Shown here: positions 24,301 through 34,400 of the stretch, piece after piece | How positions within the stretch are numbered: position 1 is the first letter of the stretch | Layout of the letters: the number at the start of each line of letters is the position of its first letter | Source of the DNA: a virus | DNA length: 64,000 nt | Strand: one strand, 5' to 3' | Virus record (IMG/VR): IMGVR_UViG_3300026078_000022 | Location: 1 to 64,000 of that record | Notes under the pieces: generated by a model | Seen by the model: the letters and a program-made list of their open reading frames with translations, nothing else | Databases searched by the model: none | What the model was told of the DNA's origin: nothing | Made by a program: the position numbers and the translations under genes

Positions 24301-25869
24301 ATATTGATCGAACGTGGTTTGCCCATTGCCAGCTATAGCCATTTTCCTACCCAATGTACCGCCATTTGCATTCCAAAATTCAAAAGATGAAGTATAGGAT
24401 GCATCTGTAGCGTTAGAGTATTTATAAATAATTTGATGAGAAAGCCTATTGCTACCCGTAGTTGTTGAAATATAGGAATCATCTGAATATCCGATTCCGT
24501 TGGCTCCAAACGCTTGAGATGATCTTGTTGTGCTTCTGGCTGATATTATTGTATTGTTAGAATGAGGCACCATTACACCTTCCCAAACTACTCCACTATC
24601 TGCACGACCATATATGGCATTACCTAAAGTAGATAAACCAAATAAGCCATAACCTCCGGAGCCAGTTGCAGTACCATATACTCCTACCCCTGTGGTGGCT
24701 ACCCCCAAAACACCACGGCCATCTACAGTTTGTCCCCTTACTGCAATCCCAGTACTACCGGTAGTTGAAACATCCAATTGCGCTCCATCTCCGAATGCGC
24801 TAATACCTGAATATATTATTCTATTAGCTCCCGCCGCACTAGTTATTGTAGTTGGTTGAATTAATGCTCCACCTAACTGTATGTTATCTCCTGTTTTAGT
24901 TAACCCGTTGTCAGCAGTTAATACGCCACCACTCCCTACCCAATTTGCCATTGGATATAATACACCTGTAGTAGTATTATATCCAATTGGTTTTATATTT
25001 GTTGTATCTGTAGATGGTGATAAACCGGGGAACCCATTGAATTGTATTTTTCCTGTTGGTTTTTGAATTACTATCCCTGTATAAATACCACTTACATTTT
25101 CACCTATAGTTATCCCCGTTGTTGAATCTATTAAGATGCGCCTCGCTCCATTTGGTTGTGTAGATACAATTTGAATATTATCCTGATTAGTATATATTGT
25201 ATTGATAGAACTAAAATCCTCATATCTCCCGGAAATTACTGTATTGGTATTATCAATAGTAAATCTGGTTGTACTAGTTATTCCATTTGCTGCAACAATT
25301 GAAAGATCATGCGTCCCAACAGTTATAGGGGTAGATTGAATTAAAGAGCCGCCTAATTGTATAATATTACCAGTTTTGGTTAATCCATTATTAGCTAATG
25401 AATTTATTATACCGGCAAATGTTTCAGTATTATTCTTATATTTAAACAAACTATCATTTCTAGTATATACATTTTGCACCCACTTGTTAGTAGTATCTGA
25501 AATATTAAATTTCAGGTTCAGTGCATTCTGTAGATCAGTCTGATTACTTAAAGTACCTGTTATTGAACCCCATGTAGTAGCAGTTATGTCGCCTGTCTTT
25601 AGAATTTGTGTCCACTTATGACCTCCGGTTAATACTGTATCTCTTATCCATAGTTTCGCTCTTAGCCTATCATAAATAAGATTTCCTATAGTATCTAAAC
25701 CAGTTGTTACTGTATCTCGAAGACGAGGTAAGTATAAATTATTTATAACACTTTGGTTATAATCTTGTACTGTAATACTTGAAGAACTTCGAGGATTAAC
25801 AAATGCTTGCGAAAATGTTAACACCGAACACAATAATAGTGTCAATAAAAATAATATACGCTTCATCAA
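21370..25869 (-). CDS. tail fibre/tailspike with pectin-lyase-fold (GH28-like) depolymerase domain
   Basis: 1499 aa, Gly/Thr/Asn-rich; WGSITGTLSNQTDL motif; beta-helix with NFDGVH and NDDAWAL; C-terminal TVTLPAAS..IDGASSFTL. Confidence 0.75.
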   Translation of the reverse strand: MMKRILFLLTLLLCSVLTFSQAFVNPRSSSSITVQDYNQSVINNLYLPRLRDTVTTGLDTIGNLIYDRLRAKLWIRDTVLTGGHKWTQILKTGDITATTWGSITGTLSNQTDLQNALNLKFNISDTTNKWVQNVYTRNDSLFKYKNNTETFAGIINSLANNGLTKTGNIIQLGGSLIQSTPITVGTHDLSIVAANGITSTTRFTIDNTNTVISGRYEDFSSINTIYTNQDNIQIVSTQPNGARRILIDSTTGITIGENVSGIYTGIVIQKPTGKIQFNGFPGLSPSTDTTNIKPIGYNTTTGVLYPMANWVGSGGVLTADNGLTKTGDNIQLGGALIQPTTITSAAGANRIIYSGISAFGDGAQLDVSTTGSTGIAVRGQTVDGRGVLGVATTGVGVYGTATGSGGYGLFGLSTLGNAIYGRADSGVVWEGVMVPHSNNTIISARSTTRSSQAFGANGIGYSDDSYISTTTGSNRLSHQIIYKYSNATDASYTSSFEFWNANGGTLGRKMAIAGNGQTTFDQYTGTNFQTIDTSFNSLVVDASGNIFKRAGGGSGGITLANIGSGYRWVATTGGNIKTANPGYGILMDSSTVSNTITTKIDTTTLDVRYLKGNVFTLSQYGVPNDADLQIGSTNKGTNARHLIQNVLDKCNGNPCIIIWDTKSGVDSTLIVYPGTDIEGVKNGGVIAQDSMNCNIFMNANKSTGARNDSGFVIRNLVINGNGGHQTHHTSSNGWVCLYKFVGAKDITIDGCQLLVSRTFHSWFMNCENIKMTNNLINYGPGSNSTNYGNFDGVHINGPSRFITIKNLQALTNDDAWALNANDVWQNTDTAGICVPGGNINTYDPFATHGAITDVNIDGWEAMDGTRFGGRMLSSADSIDRVNVSNVKGTTELQSLIIDNWSDGCPAQAGAGHVGNIVLSDWNMEVKSSSFSYKDVYISLGCVISNLTIQNVFRGDFSGIGFPLINLDAHANIDRLMVDGINYGGATNNTVPVIKLSNGAIVNNLLVNNVALTNVPTFRDMAIVNINSGATVHNLQLSNINTDSVSYGVVENGTLDFINVTNCIYSHNNTGTAFLNVGAGITVNQYTLSNFKGIGQYVLGSGAAITTTAGDAFALYPTLQQVTTIGNTTTNDISTSASVIFTHSGTNRDSKMTNNAVTDNFPTLDIYPSTGTNVASSLRVIPKGTGYTGTIRGDLQIANTDIVADGANYEILLERANATEYDIWSISNGTGTNRPIKIFTGSASSPNTNQLSLNTDGTILMSNLAGTGTRYVTADATGKLSTSTIGNTLYTGDGTLAGNRTVTGSNNNLTFATIGNYRVNANTFVYSTNSGTFPYTAAILGADDHYEIGYTPTPGTFSKGSGVLIDTNNNASLGTTQMPSTAPLYATGGNTYVSGFENQAGNFYRIDSVTTDITAGLTQYYFRINAASNNITVTLPAASTAFAGTIGIVYIFKRLDNSANTVTIQASSGNLIDGASSFTLTTQYQVKTIQASSGTAWDIR

Positions 25870-25888
25870 ATCAGGCTTTTAACTTTAT

Positions 25889-26302
25889 TTATACCGCCCC
25901 GTTAGGGAAAATATAAAAAACATCATTAATAGTATACGTTCCCGGAATTAAAATCTGAACACCACCACCAGCTAATGGCAACCATTCACTATTCGGATAA
26001 GTTCGATTGTTTGGATCATATTCTAAAAATCTATTAATACCACTATAATACAATATTTCTTTAAACCCATCCAATGCACTTACGGCAAACTGGTTGCCCA
26101 CTGTTAATTGATTGCCAGTAAATCTTACTATTCCCGGCCCTAGCAATGCAGTAAATAAGCATTCCTTTAGTGTGCCAAATTGAATAAAACCAACTCCATC
26201 AGGCAAACTCCCTCCGATAAACATCAAATAGGAATTGTCAGGAGGGCATCCCACTATCTGCGGAGTAACCTTTGATATATCAAAAGGGCATGGTATCGCC
26301 AT
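25889..26302 (-). CDS. hypothetical (probable tail accessory) protein
   Basis: 137 aa upstream of tailspike. Confidence 0.6.
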   Translation of the reverse strand: MAIPCPFDISKVTPQIVGCPPDNSYLMFIGGSLPDGVGFIQFGTLKECLFTALLGPGIVRFTGNQLTVGNQFAVSALDGFKEILYYSGINRFLEYDPNNRTYPNSEWLPLAGGGVQILIPGTYTINDVFYIFPNGAV

Positions 26303-26631
26303 TATTTATTGATTTTTACTAAACAATTACCAATAGTAACAAAACAATCTCCAAACTTAACATCACATAATCCGGGACAACAATCACAACTTGTACTTAT
26401 CCATTGATCGTAATCGGATCTGCTTTTAAATTGAGTACTGCCTAAAGTTTGGCCATCATAAACAATTAAAAACACTCGCTTTGCAACTCCACATCCATCA
26501 TCATCGAAATCACGGACAACATTAACTCCAATTGGGATAGCCCTATCACAAAAAAGTGACATTGTCGGCGGGAACTCTTGTATTGCGCCATTTATAGTAT
26601 CTGCTCTGAAATTGAATGACTTACGTGCCAA
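26302..26631 (-). CDS. Cys-rich hypothetical protein
   Basis: 109 aa, SCDCCPGLC. Confidence 0.6.
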   Translation of the reverse strand: MARKSFNFRADTINGAIQEFPPTMSLFCDRAIPIGVNVVRDFDDDGCGVAKRVFLIVYDGQTLGSTQFKSRSDYDQWISTSCDCCPGLCDVKFGDCFVTIGNCLVKINK

Positions 26632-26652
26632 ATTTAACGTTTATATTGCAAT

Positions 26653-27927
26653 TTAGGTAAGATAATTTATACCGACTTTTTTAAGATTTGCTATTTGTTC
26701 ATGTGCTTTTTCCAAACAATCCGAATTTATCTGTATATCAAAGCCTTGTATACTCTCGGCTATTTTTTTTGCCATATTTATGGCTTCTTTCATGGTATGC
26801 CCCATACCCGAAACAGACCCGATTTCTTGCATGGTCAAGTCAGCCGGAGGGACATAATACCATACGCCGTCTTCATCTATGACTAAATATTTTATTTTCA
26901 CATATTGCTTGTATTCATCTGGAATTATGATAGGTACGGGATCTGTTTTTGCTGTTTCTGATTTAATAATTAGCTGAACTCCCCATTTATATTTGTATTC
27001 AATTTTTGGTACTATGCCATTAGCTACTAACCATACGATTTCTGGGAAATTAGAATAAAGCTCTAAATATAAATCTCCCGGTGGATTTGGAATGCGCTGA
27101 GTTAAATCACAACAATAACCACGCTTATCTTTACCTATAATAACTTCATTACTGTGCGCCCCTCTATAGTTTAATTCACCGAAAATTTCAGAAAATTTGT
27201 CTGTCACTTCTTTCAATTGCAATGGAAGTTTATTATATTCCGTAAATGTGCCACAATACCCAGTATCCTTTAATTCAATACCAGTTAAAACTTCAAATGG
27301 GTACTTCCCATCAATACAAAATGAATCAATACCTATTTCAGCGATTGACTCTATAGGTTCTTCAACGATGTAGTTTTCTTCCGTAGCAAACGTTCCCATG
27401 TTATTTTTTATTCTTAATAATTCCATCTTCGACAATGCATAATTTTTATGCTTCCACGTTTCCATGTCACCTCTGAGTTCACTTTTGACATAAACGTTTG
27501 TTTTGTTTTTTAAAAATTCCTCTAATTCATCCACGCCTCTTATAGAATAATAAACCCCAACTGGCAATCCTATGTCCTTCATTGTTTGCTTTAATACTCC
27601 TTTGCTATGCTCTAATTCACATGCGCGTCGGCAACCGAAAACACGCTTTCCAATACTAACAAAGTATTCTTGTAATTGAGGTTCATGTGAATCCGGGAAG
27701 CACACAATGTCTATATCATGTATACATTCAGCCCATTCTTTTACTTTAATTACATTTGAAACATTTCTTCCTACATCTATAGGTTTATGAGAAGGGTATC
27801 CATTTTGTACGATAGGCATCCAATAATAGCTTTTGCCAAAACCATCCTCTCTACCTAATCGTTCCGCAAAAGATAAATAATTGCCATAATCTATGGTTAA
27901 ACAATTAAAACTTTTTAAGTCTATCAT
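26653..27927 (-). CDS. PurD-like ATP-grasp ligase (divergent active site)
   Basis: LEHSKGVLKQTMKDIGLP, VYVKS, IVEEPIE, YRGAHSNEVII, DLTQRIPNPP align with the PurD ATP-grasp scaffold. Confidence 0.75.
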   Translation of the reverse strand: MIDLKSFNCLTIDYGNYLSFAERLGREDGFGKSYYWMPIVQNGYPSHKPIDVGRNVSNVIKVKEWAECIHDIDIVCFPDSHEPQLQEYFVSIGKRVFGCRRACELEHSKGVLKQTMKDIGLPVGVYYSIRGVDELEEFLKNKTNVYVKSELRGDMETWKHKNYALSKMELLRIKNNMGTFATEENYIVEEPIESIAEIGIDSFCIDGKYPFEVLTGIELKDTGYCGTFTEYNKLPLQLKEVTDKFSEIFGELNYRGAHSNEVIIGKDKRGYCCDLTQRIPNPPGDLYLELYSNFPEIVWLVANGIVPKIEYKYKWGVQLIIKSETAKTDPVPIIIPDEYKQYVKIKYLVIDEDGVWYYVPPADLTMQEIGSVSGMGHTMKEAINMAKKIAESIQGFDIQINSDCLEKAHEQIANLKKVGINYLT

Positions 27928-27928
27928 C

Positions 27929-28315
27929 TTAAAGACTATTTACTTTGTTACTATATTCATTCCAATTGATACCCAATTTAGAACACAATGCCATTTCGAT
28001 GCCGCTTGCAAATGTGTGAAAATCTAAATACGGTGCTCTTGAATCAAATCCCGGTTCTTCATCATCTCTATGCAACCCTTGTTCTCGTTCCTTTTCATAC
28101 ATTATATCGAAATCGTCTATTTCTTTAATAGGTATCCCCGCCTTCCTTACTAATCTTTCTTCTATCAGTTCGTGTATGGCTACCATCGTTTCCATATATA
28201 TGTCTCCTAAGTCACTCACTTTAATATGTAATGTTCCTTCTTCGTCATAACGATAGTCCCCTACTGTTGGATAAACCTGCTTATCATGGGATATAGTTTC
28301 AATAATTATTTTCAT
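27929..28315 (-). CDS. small putative metallohydrolase (HExxE...H)
   Basis: VGDY, VAIHELIEE, EPGFDSRAPY..FHTFA..IE. Confidence 0.5.
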   Translation of the reverse strand: MKIIIETISHDKQVYPTVGDYRYDEEGTLHIKVSDLGDIYMETMVAIHELIEERLVRKAGIPIKEIDDFDIMYEKEREQGLHRDDEEPGFDSRAPYLDFHTFASGIEMALCSKLGINWNEYSNKVNSL

Positions 28316-28496
28316 TCCTCGTTTTTTTTAAATGAACAACGTAAATAATGAAATAAACCACAAGACAAATAACAATGAATATTTTGGTTATTGCATCAAT
28401 AATGGCATTAAACCATTCAGGAGGATCGAATAATAATCCGATTGATACTAAAATACCAATGATTATTAAAATCACATGACCTATTTTATTTTTCAT
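28299..28496 (-). CDS. small two-TM membrane protein
   Basis: 65 aa, two hydrophobic helices. Confidence 0.55.
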   Translation of the reverse strand: MKNKIGHVILIIIGILVSIGLLFDPPEWFNAIIDAITKIFIVICLVVYFIIYVVHLKKTRNENNY

Positions 28497-31400
28497 TCTC
28501 CTGTTTATTTAATTCATAAAGCTGTTTAATTTGGTCGTCTCGCTGTTTCTTCAAATCATCTATTTGCTCCTTATCGCCTTTTGCTTTCTTTAATTCTGCG
28601 ATTGCTGAATTATATTCTTTCATTATTGATGTAGCTAGTTTATAGTTATCTTCAGTGAGAACATTTTTCCTATCCCCCGTCAATAATTTTATCTGATCTT
28701 TAAAATCTAATGGCTTTCTGGTTATAACATCGCCTTTTTCATCTACATCTGTCCATTCCCAAAATTTATCTGCTTGTCTTAATGCCCCTTTTGTTACATC
28801 CTGAGTAATTCCAATAGGATTTATTACTTTGGCTTGTGGTATGGCATCCTGAATAGCTTCTAGGTTGGCAATGGCCGCAGACATAGCGGCATCGGGAGTG
28901 GTTTTCCCTTTTTCTATGTTATCCCCATATACCTTAGCTAAATTTAATCCAAACAATGTAGGATAGGCAGCCGGTGTGTGTTCAATAATTTTGGACATTA
29001 ATTCTCCCATTTTTTTATGACCAATCATTATTTCACCGGGATTCAATTCGCCTTCTTCTAAATCTTCTTCTTTTTTCTTCTTTTCACCTTTATGATGAAA
29101 GCCGCCAAAGGCCATTAAACCGCTTATCATGGCGAAGGCATACAATCCTAACCCAAATCCTCCTTTCCTAAAACATCTGGCAATAGTAGCTGCCTGATTA
29201 GCATCCATATTTGAGATATGCTCTTTAATGGCATCTTTAAATTCTTTTGTGCCGGGATCTAAGTCGGTATGTAATTTAACCTGTTTATTGGCCTCTCTAT
29301 ATTGTTGCCCTATCTTGTAGAATGCTCTTAATGATCCTATCGTATATTCCATTACTGCTTCATGTAGGATATTCACCGGCACCCTTGTTATAGCAACATC
29401 AAATCGCAATCCTTCGGCAATAGCTTTAGAGTATTTTTCCCATGCTGTCCCTTTAGCGTAATTATCAACTCTTTTAGTAACTTCATTCCATAAGTCAGTT
29501 ACCAGATTTTTTTGTTGATACTTACCTCTCTCCCAATCCAAATATGATTCATGGCCTATTTTCAATAATTCATCTGCATTAGAAACGTCTACCCCGTTAT
29601 GCATAGCATCTTCTAATCTAGCTACAAAACCGGACGCAAAACTTGCTCTCGCTGAAAACGTTTTTAAAGCGGCATGTGATCTACCAATGAACCCTATAAC
29701 ATAATTAATCTTATCTATAGCACCACCGTCTTTAATACTTTCAGTGTCTGTATAACCTAATTCTCTTTCAATTTTGTTTGAACGATATAGTAATGCATCT
29801 AAAGCATCTTTCAATGAACTGTTACCAATATAATCATACACAAAAACACTCGTTGCATCCAGTAACGAATTGTTCATGTTATTTTTAAGTTCCTGTAGTT
29901 TATCTTGAACATTTTTATCATTAGGGCTCAACGCTGCCACTTTCTCATATGCATTATAGGCATCCCTATCAGCGTTGTATTTTGTATTTGCTTTGTCTTT
30001 AATTTCTATCATTTTCTTGTCGCCTACTTGCCTCAATAGAGCGGTATAGCTTTCTTTTACTGATCGCCAACTAGAACTTTCTCCACCTGCCTTTGCTCTA
30101 TTATAAAATTCAGGAAAAGTAGCCTTGAATAATTGACCGAATGTTAATTTAGTCGCTGTCTCTATATTGGCCCTTATTACGGCAGTAGCCGCTACTTTAG
30201 CGAATGTTCCGAACCTGTAAATAAGAGCCGCTACATATACCGCCCTAGTTAATTCGAGTGCTTTCCTTACTTTAGATTTATTTTTATCTCCTAATTCTTT
30301 TTGTTTTTTTCTCGTTTCCGAATCTAGTTTGTTTTTTTCGATCTGTAGTTTAACTAATTCAGCATCCGTTGACTTTAATATAGTTGGTATTTTTTCATCA
30401 TTAAATTCACCGGCATTTATTTTCCTTAAAGTTTCCTTATTAGATCGTTCTAAATTATCTTTTGTGCGTTGTAGTTTCAACTTTTGCTCAGAATCTTCCT
30501 TTTCTGAGTTGAATTTATCAACCGCTTGCCGTAACCCTTTTCTTACATCTGCAACCGGGATCATATCACTTAACTTTAATGCCTTATCAAAATCAGATTG
30601 AGTTTTTTTAAGTACATTTTCTGCATTATCCATTACAGCTTTCTGACTTAATTTTGAATTATCAGAAAGTTTTATTTTAGACGCGTCTAATTGACCTTTT
30701 AATTTTGTAAGTGCTGACGTTTGCTCTGCTGTTAACCCTCCTTTAGTTATTAAATCATCAATCTTGTTTGATAACGAGCTCAAACGGTCATTATGTGATT
30801 GCGCTCTCGTTTCATATGATGCTTTTGAAAATTTATCTTCATTGGTTGTTTTAAGGCCAACATCAACCATGATATTCTTTAATTCTTTTTCTCTTGCTGC
30901 AATATCTTTATCAACTTGTATTTCCTGTGATTTATTACCAGAACGACTATAAATGTCTTTTTTACTTTTTAAATCGTTAATGTCCTTTTCAATTTTAGCT
31001 ATCTTCTGCAACTTGGATTTATCTCTTTCAAATTCACTTTGCAATTGCTTTAGAGTTGGTATCTTAAATTCTCCTGTTTTTAAATATGCTTCCGTTAACT
31101 TTTCTTTTGTTACATTAGATAATTCTTTTTCCAGCTTATTGGTTACATGTTCTAGTAAATCTTCCGGTGCCACTTCTCCTATATGTGATTCCACGAAATC
31201 CTTAATAAGATTCTTAGAAACCATATCAGTAGTTATAGTTGTTACCTTATTGCTTGTAGCCAATTCTTTTATTTTACTTAAAGATTCATCTTGTTTTATT
31301 TGTCGATCAACAAACTGATTAAAATGATTTTTTATGGTATTACTATCAGCATCTTTTAGGTTATTATCCTTTACATATTTATCAATAGCTTCAGCAATTG

Positions 31401-34400
31401 TAAATCCAGTTTCTACCAATCGAGCTATCCCTTCAATTGCTAGATTCAATAAAGGAGTGAATCCGGGGATAGATACCTGTGCTCCCCCTAATTTACCTTG
31501 TCGAATTTTATCAGCCCATTCTTTACCTTTATTTTTTAAATAATCATCTCTTTTTTCATCAGCCTTTTCTTTTTTAGTCGCGGGTTTCTGAACCTTCTTT
31601 AATTTTTCATCATATTCTTTTTTAAGATCGGACATTCTTTTTTCAAATTCTTCCGTCATTCTTTTGTCCTTCAATTCCTGTTCACGCTTCATTAAGTCCT
31701 TTTCTTTCTCCCATTGGTTCGCTGTCCATTCTTTTTCTTCTTCCGTTAATTTTTCACCACCTTTGGCATTCAGTAACTCCATTCGACGTACTTGCAATCC
31801 ATATTCAGGATCAAGTTTCATTTCTGATTGACGAAAACCAAATGCGCGGCCTGCTTCAGACGGATTAATGGCTTTTGCTACAGCCATTAAATCTTCGTTT
31901 AATCCCTGATATTGAACTATAGCATGAATCCTTTCTGTTTCATTTGGAGAATCCCATCCCGTAATATCATTAATGGCTTTTTCTGTTTCTGCCTTAAAGT
32001 ATTGGAATACGGCTAAATCTTCAGACGTAGGGTTAAACAATACATTGTTATCGGATAATATTGAAAAATACCCTACCCTACTTTTGGCCGCATCATATAA
32101 ACTTTTATCCGGATACATTTCCTGAAGATTATTCAAGGCAGATTCGATAATGCCAACCCATTTTTTTCGTTCGGCATTAGCCTCAAACATATCCTTCACA
32201 GCCTTAATTTCTTCTAATTTGGCCTTTCTTATAGCTGTCCATTCTTCTTTAGGACTACCAACTGTAGTGGTTTGCGTAGTTGGTGGTGGGGGTAAAGGCG
32301 TTACAGGCTCGGCAACGCCTTCTTTACCTGATCCCGTGTCGGGTGTTACATCTTGCCGTAGCCCTTCGGTTTCTTTGGCTTCGGTTTTTTTGGTTTTGTC
32401 TTCATCTGTTTGTGTTTTTGGTGAATCTATTTGCTGTTGCGTGTCACCGGCTTTTGTCCCGGTTTCCGTTGTGAATTGAATGTTGCCGCCGCTATCTGTT
32501 TTGCCTCCTTCAGTGGCTTTCCCTGTTTCAGAAGCGATTCCTTGATTTTCTCGTATTTTTTCGGCATCTGTTTGAGTTTTTGATGGTTCTATTAATTTTT
32601 CTTGTGAAATTTCTTTTTGAATTTCTTCATAAGTATTATCAAATAATTGTGCTGGCACTTCGCCTATCATATCAGCGCGTAACTGAATGGCTATATCGAG
32701 TGCTTTTTCTGCATCTTTTATTTCGATTAAATTTCCATTTCTATCTTTAACCGTTACTGATTCAACATTACCATTCTTATCAAATTTAATAGGATTCTCC
32801 ATTTCTTCTTCCGTAGGCAATGTTAAATCCCTATCCGTGATAGCCTTTTCTCCAATAATTCGTTGTTGACCTTGTGGTACATCCAGTACATATTGACCGC
32901 CTTTTATGTTAAGGGTGCCGGTTGCTGTGCTTCCATCAGGGGTTGTGATGGTTGCTTTACTTCCGGCTGATTGTTCAAGGGCTGGCCTAATCTCTCTTGT
33001 AGTCTTTGTAGGAATTGAAGCTGTTTTTGCTTCGGTAACTGTGCTAGTTTCAGTCTTTGTTCTAAAGTCATAGCCCTCTATTTTTTGTATTAAAGGTTCA
33101 ATAAGATTCGCCGATGATTGTTTTTGCTCATCGGTCATATCAGATTTATCTACCTGATCGAGTACATCGTATAAATGATTAGCCGCTTCGTCAAGTTCTT
33201 TTTCATTTATATAGTCAGCATTGTTTATCCGTTGTAATATAGGAGAGACGGTTTCATATGCTTTCGTTTGTTGTATGCTTTCGTATGTAGGTTTAACAGG
33301 GAATAATTCTTTGGCATGGTCTACTATATTTTTGCCATATGTTTGTTCGGCGGCGGCTGATGGATCACCGACTTCGGCGGCAACTTTATTAAGCGCCTGA
33401 TCTGCTACCTCTTTAAAGAAATCATGGACAACTTCAGGGTTACCTTTAGCTTGTTCTAAAACCGATTTGGCAATATCCGCTTGCGTTCCTTTTAATTCGT
33501 TATTATTTAACGCTTGTTCTAGTATAGAACGACTTTTATCTAATTGTTGCGCTTTCTTTTGTTCGCTGGTTATTTCTGTTTTAGGAGCCGAATAAAATCC
33601 TTCCGGCGCACTTGGGTTTCCTAATTGCTGTTTCCTTTCCTGAAGTTGTTTGTTTAAATTTTCATCCCCTTTTACCTCTACACTATCTGATAAATGAATA
33701 AGCGTATTTAAATGACCTTGCTGATCTAATTTTTCTATGCCAGATAAAGGAACTATTTTAGTTTGTTCGCCTCCACCGGGTAAAGTAAAAATAGCGTATG
33801 CGCCTTTACCTTTTACCAATTGATCTAATTCCTGTTGAGTTTCTTTCAACTTAGATTCATAGCCTATTCTCAATCCTTCATCATCTGTTTCACTGATTGC
33901 CTTCTTTAGCCTATTGGCACTTTCGGTTAAAGTAAAATATGCTTTTGCATCGTCTCCCTTTAATCCTAATCCTTCAAATTCCTTTAATTTCTTAGCCGAT
34001 AACATTATTTTTTCCTGTTCTGCCTGAAATTGTTTTTCGTCTATAACGCCGGTATTAAATTGATGCTGCAAATTTTCCATTGCAAAATCAATCCCATGTT
34101 TACCGATTATATCAGCATAATATTGTGCTTTTGCCTGTGGTATTAAGGAGCTAATTTGATTATATACTTTACCAGCCATTGATACCATCCCGGATTGTCC
34201 CAATGTAGACGCAATAACATCCAAAGTGGTTTCCGGGTGTTCTTTAATATAACTACCGAAACTACCTTTATATCCTTCAGCCTCTTGCGCTTGCGTATAA
34301 TTTTGCCAATATTCAGTAGGTAATTCCTGCGTTAATTCCTGTGCAGTACCAACAAGGTAATTTCTAACGCTACCCCCTTTTAATAAATTTTGCAATCCCG

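Noticed and set aside
21370-25869. Diversity-generating retroelement or invertible tail-fibre cassette
   Set aside because: No reverse transcriptase, recombinase, or template/variable repeat pair seen in the window
26653-27927. purD as an auxiliary purine-biosynthesis gene
   Set aside because: Substrate-binding PurD motifs are missing or altered and the context is structural genes
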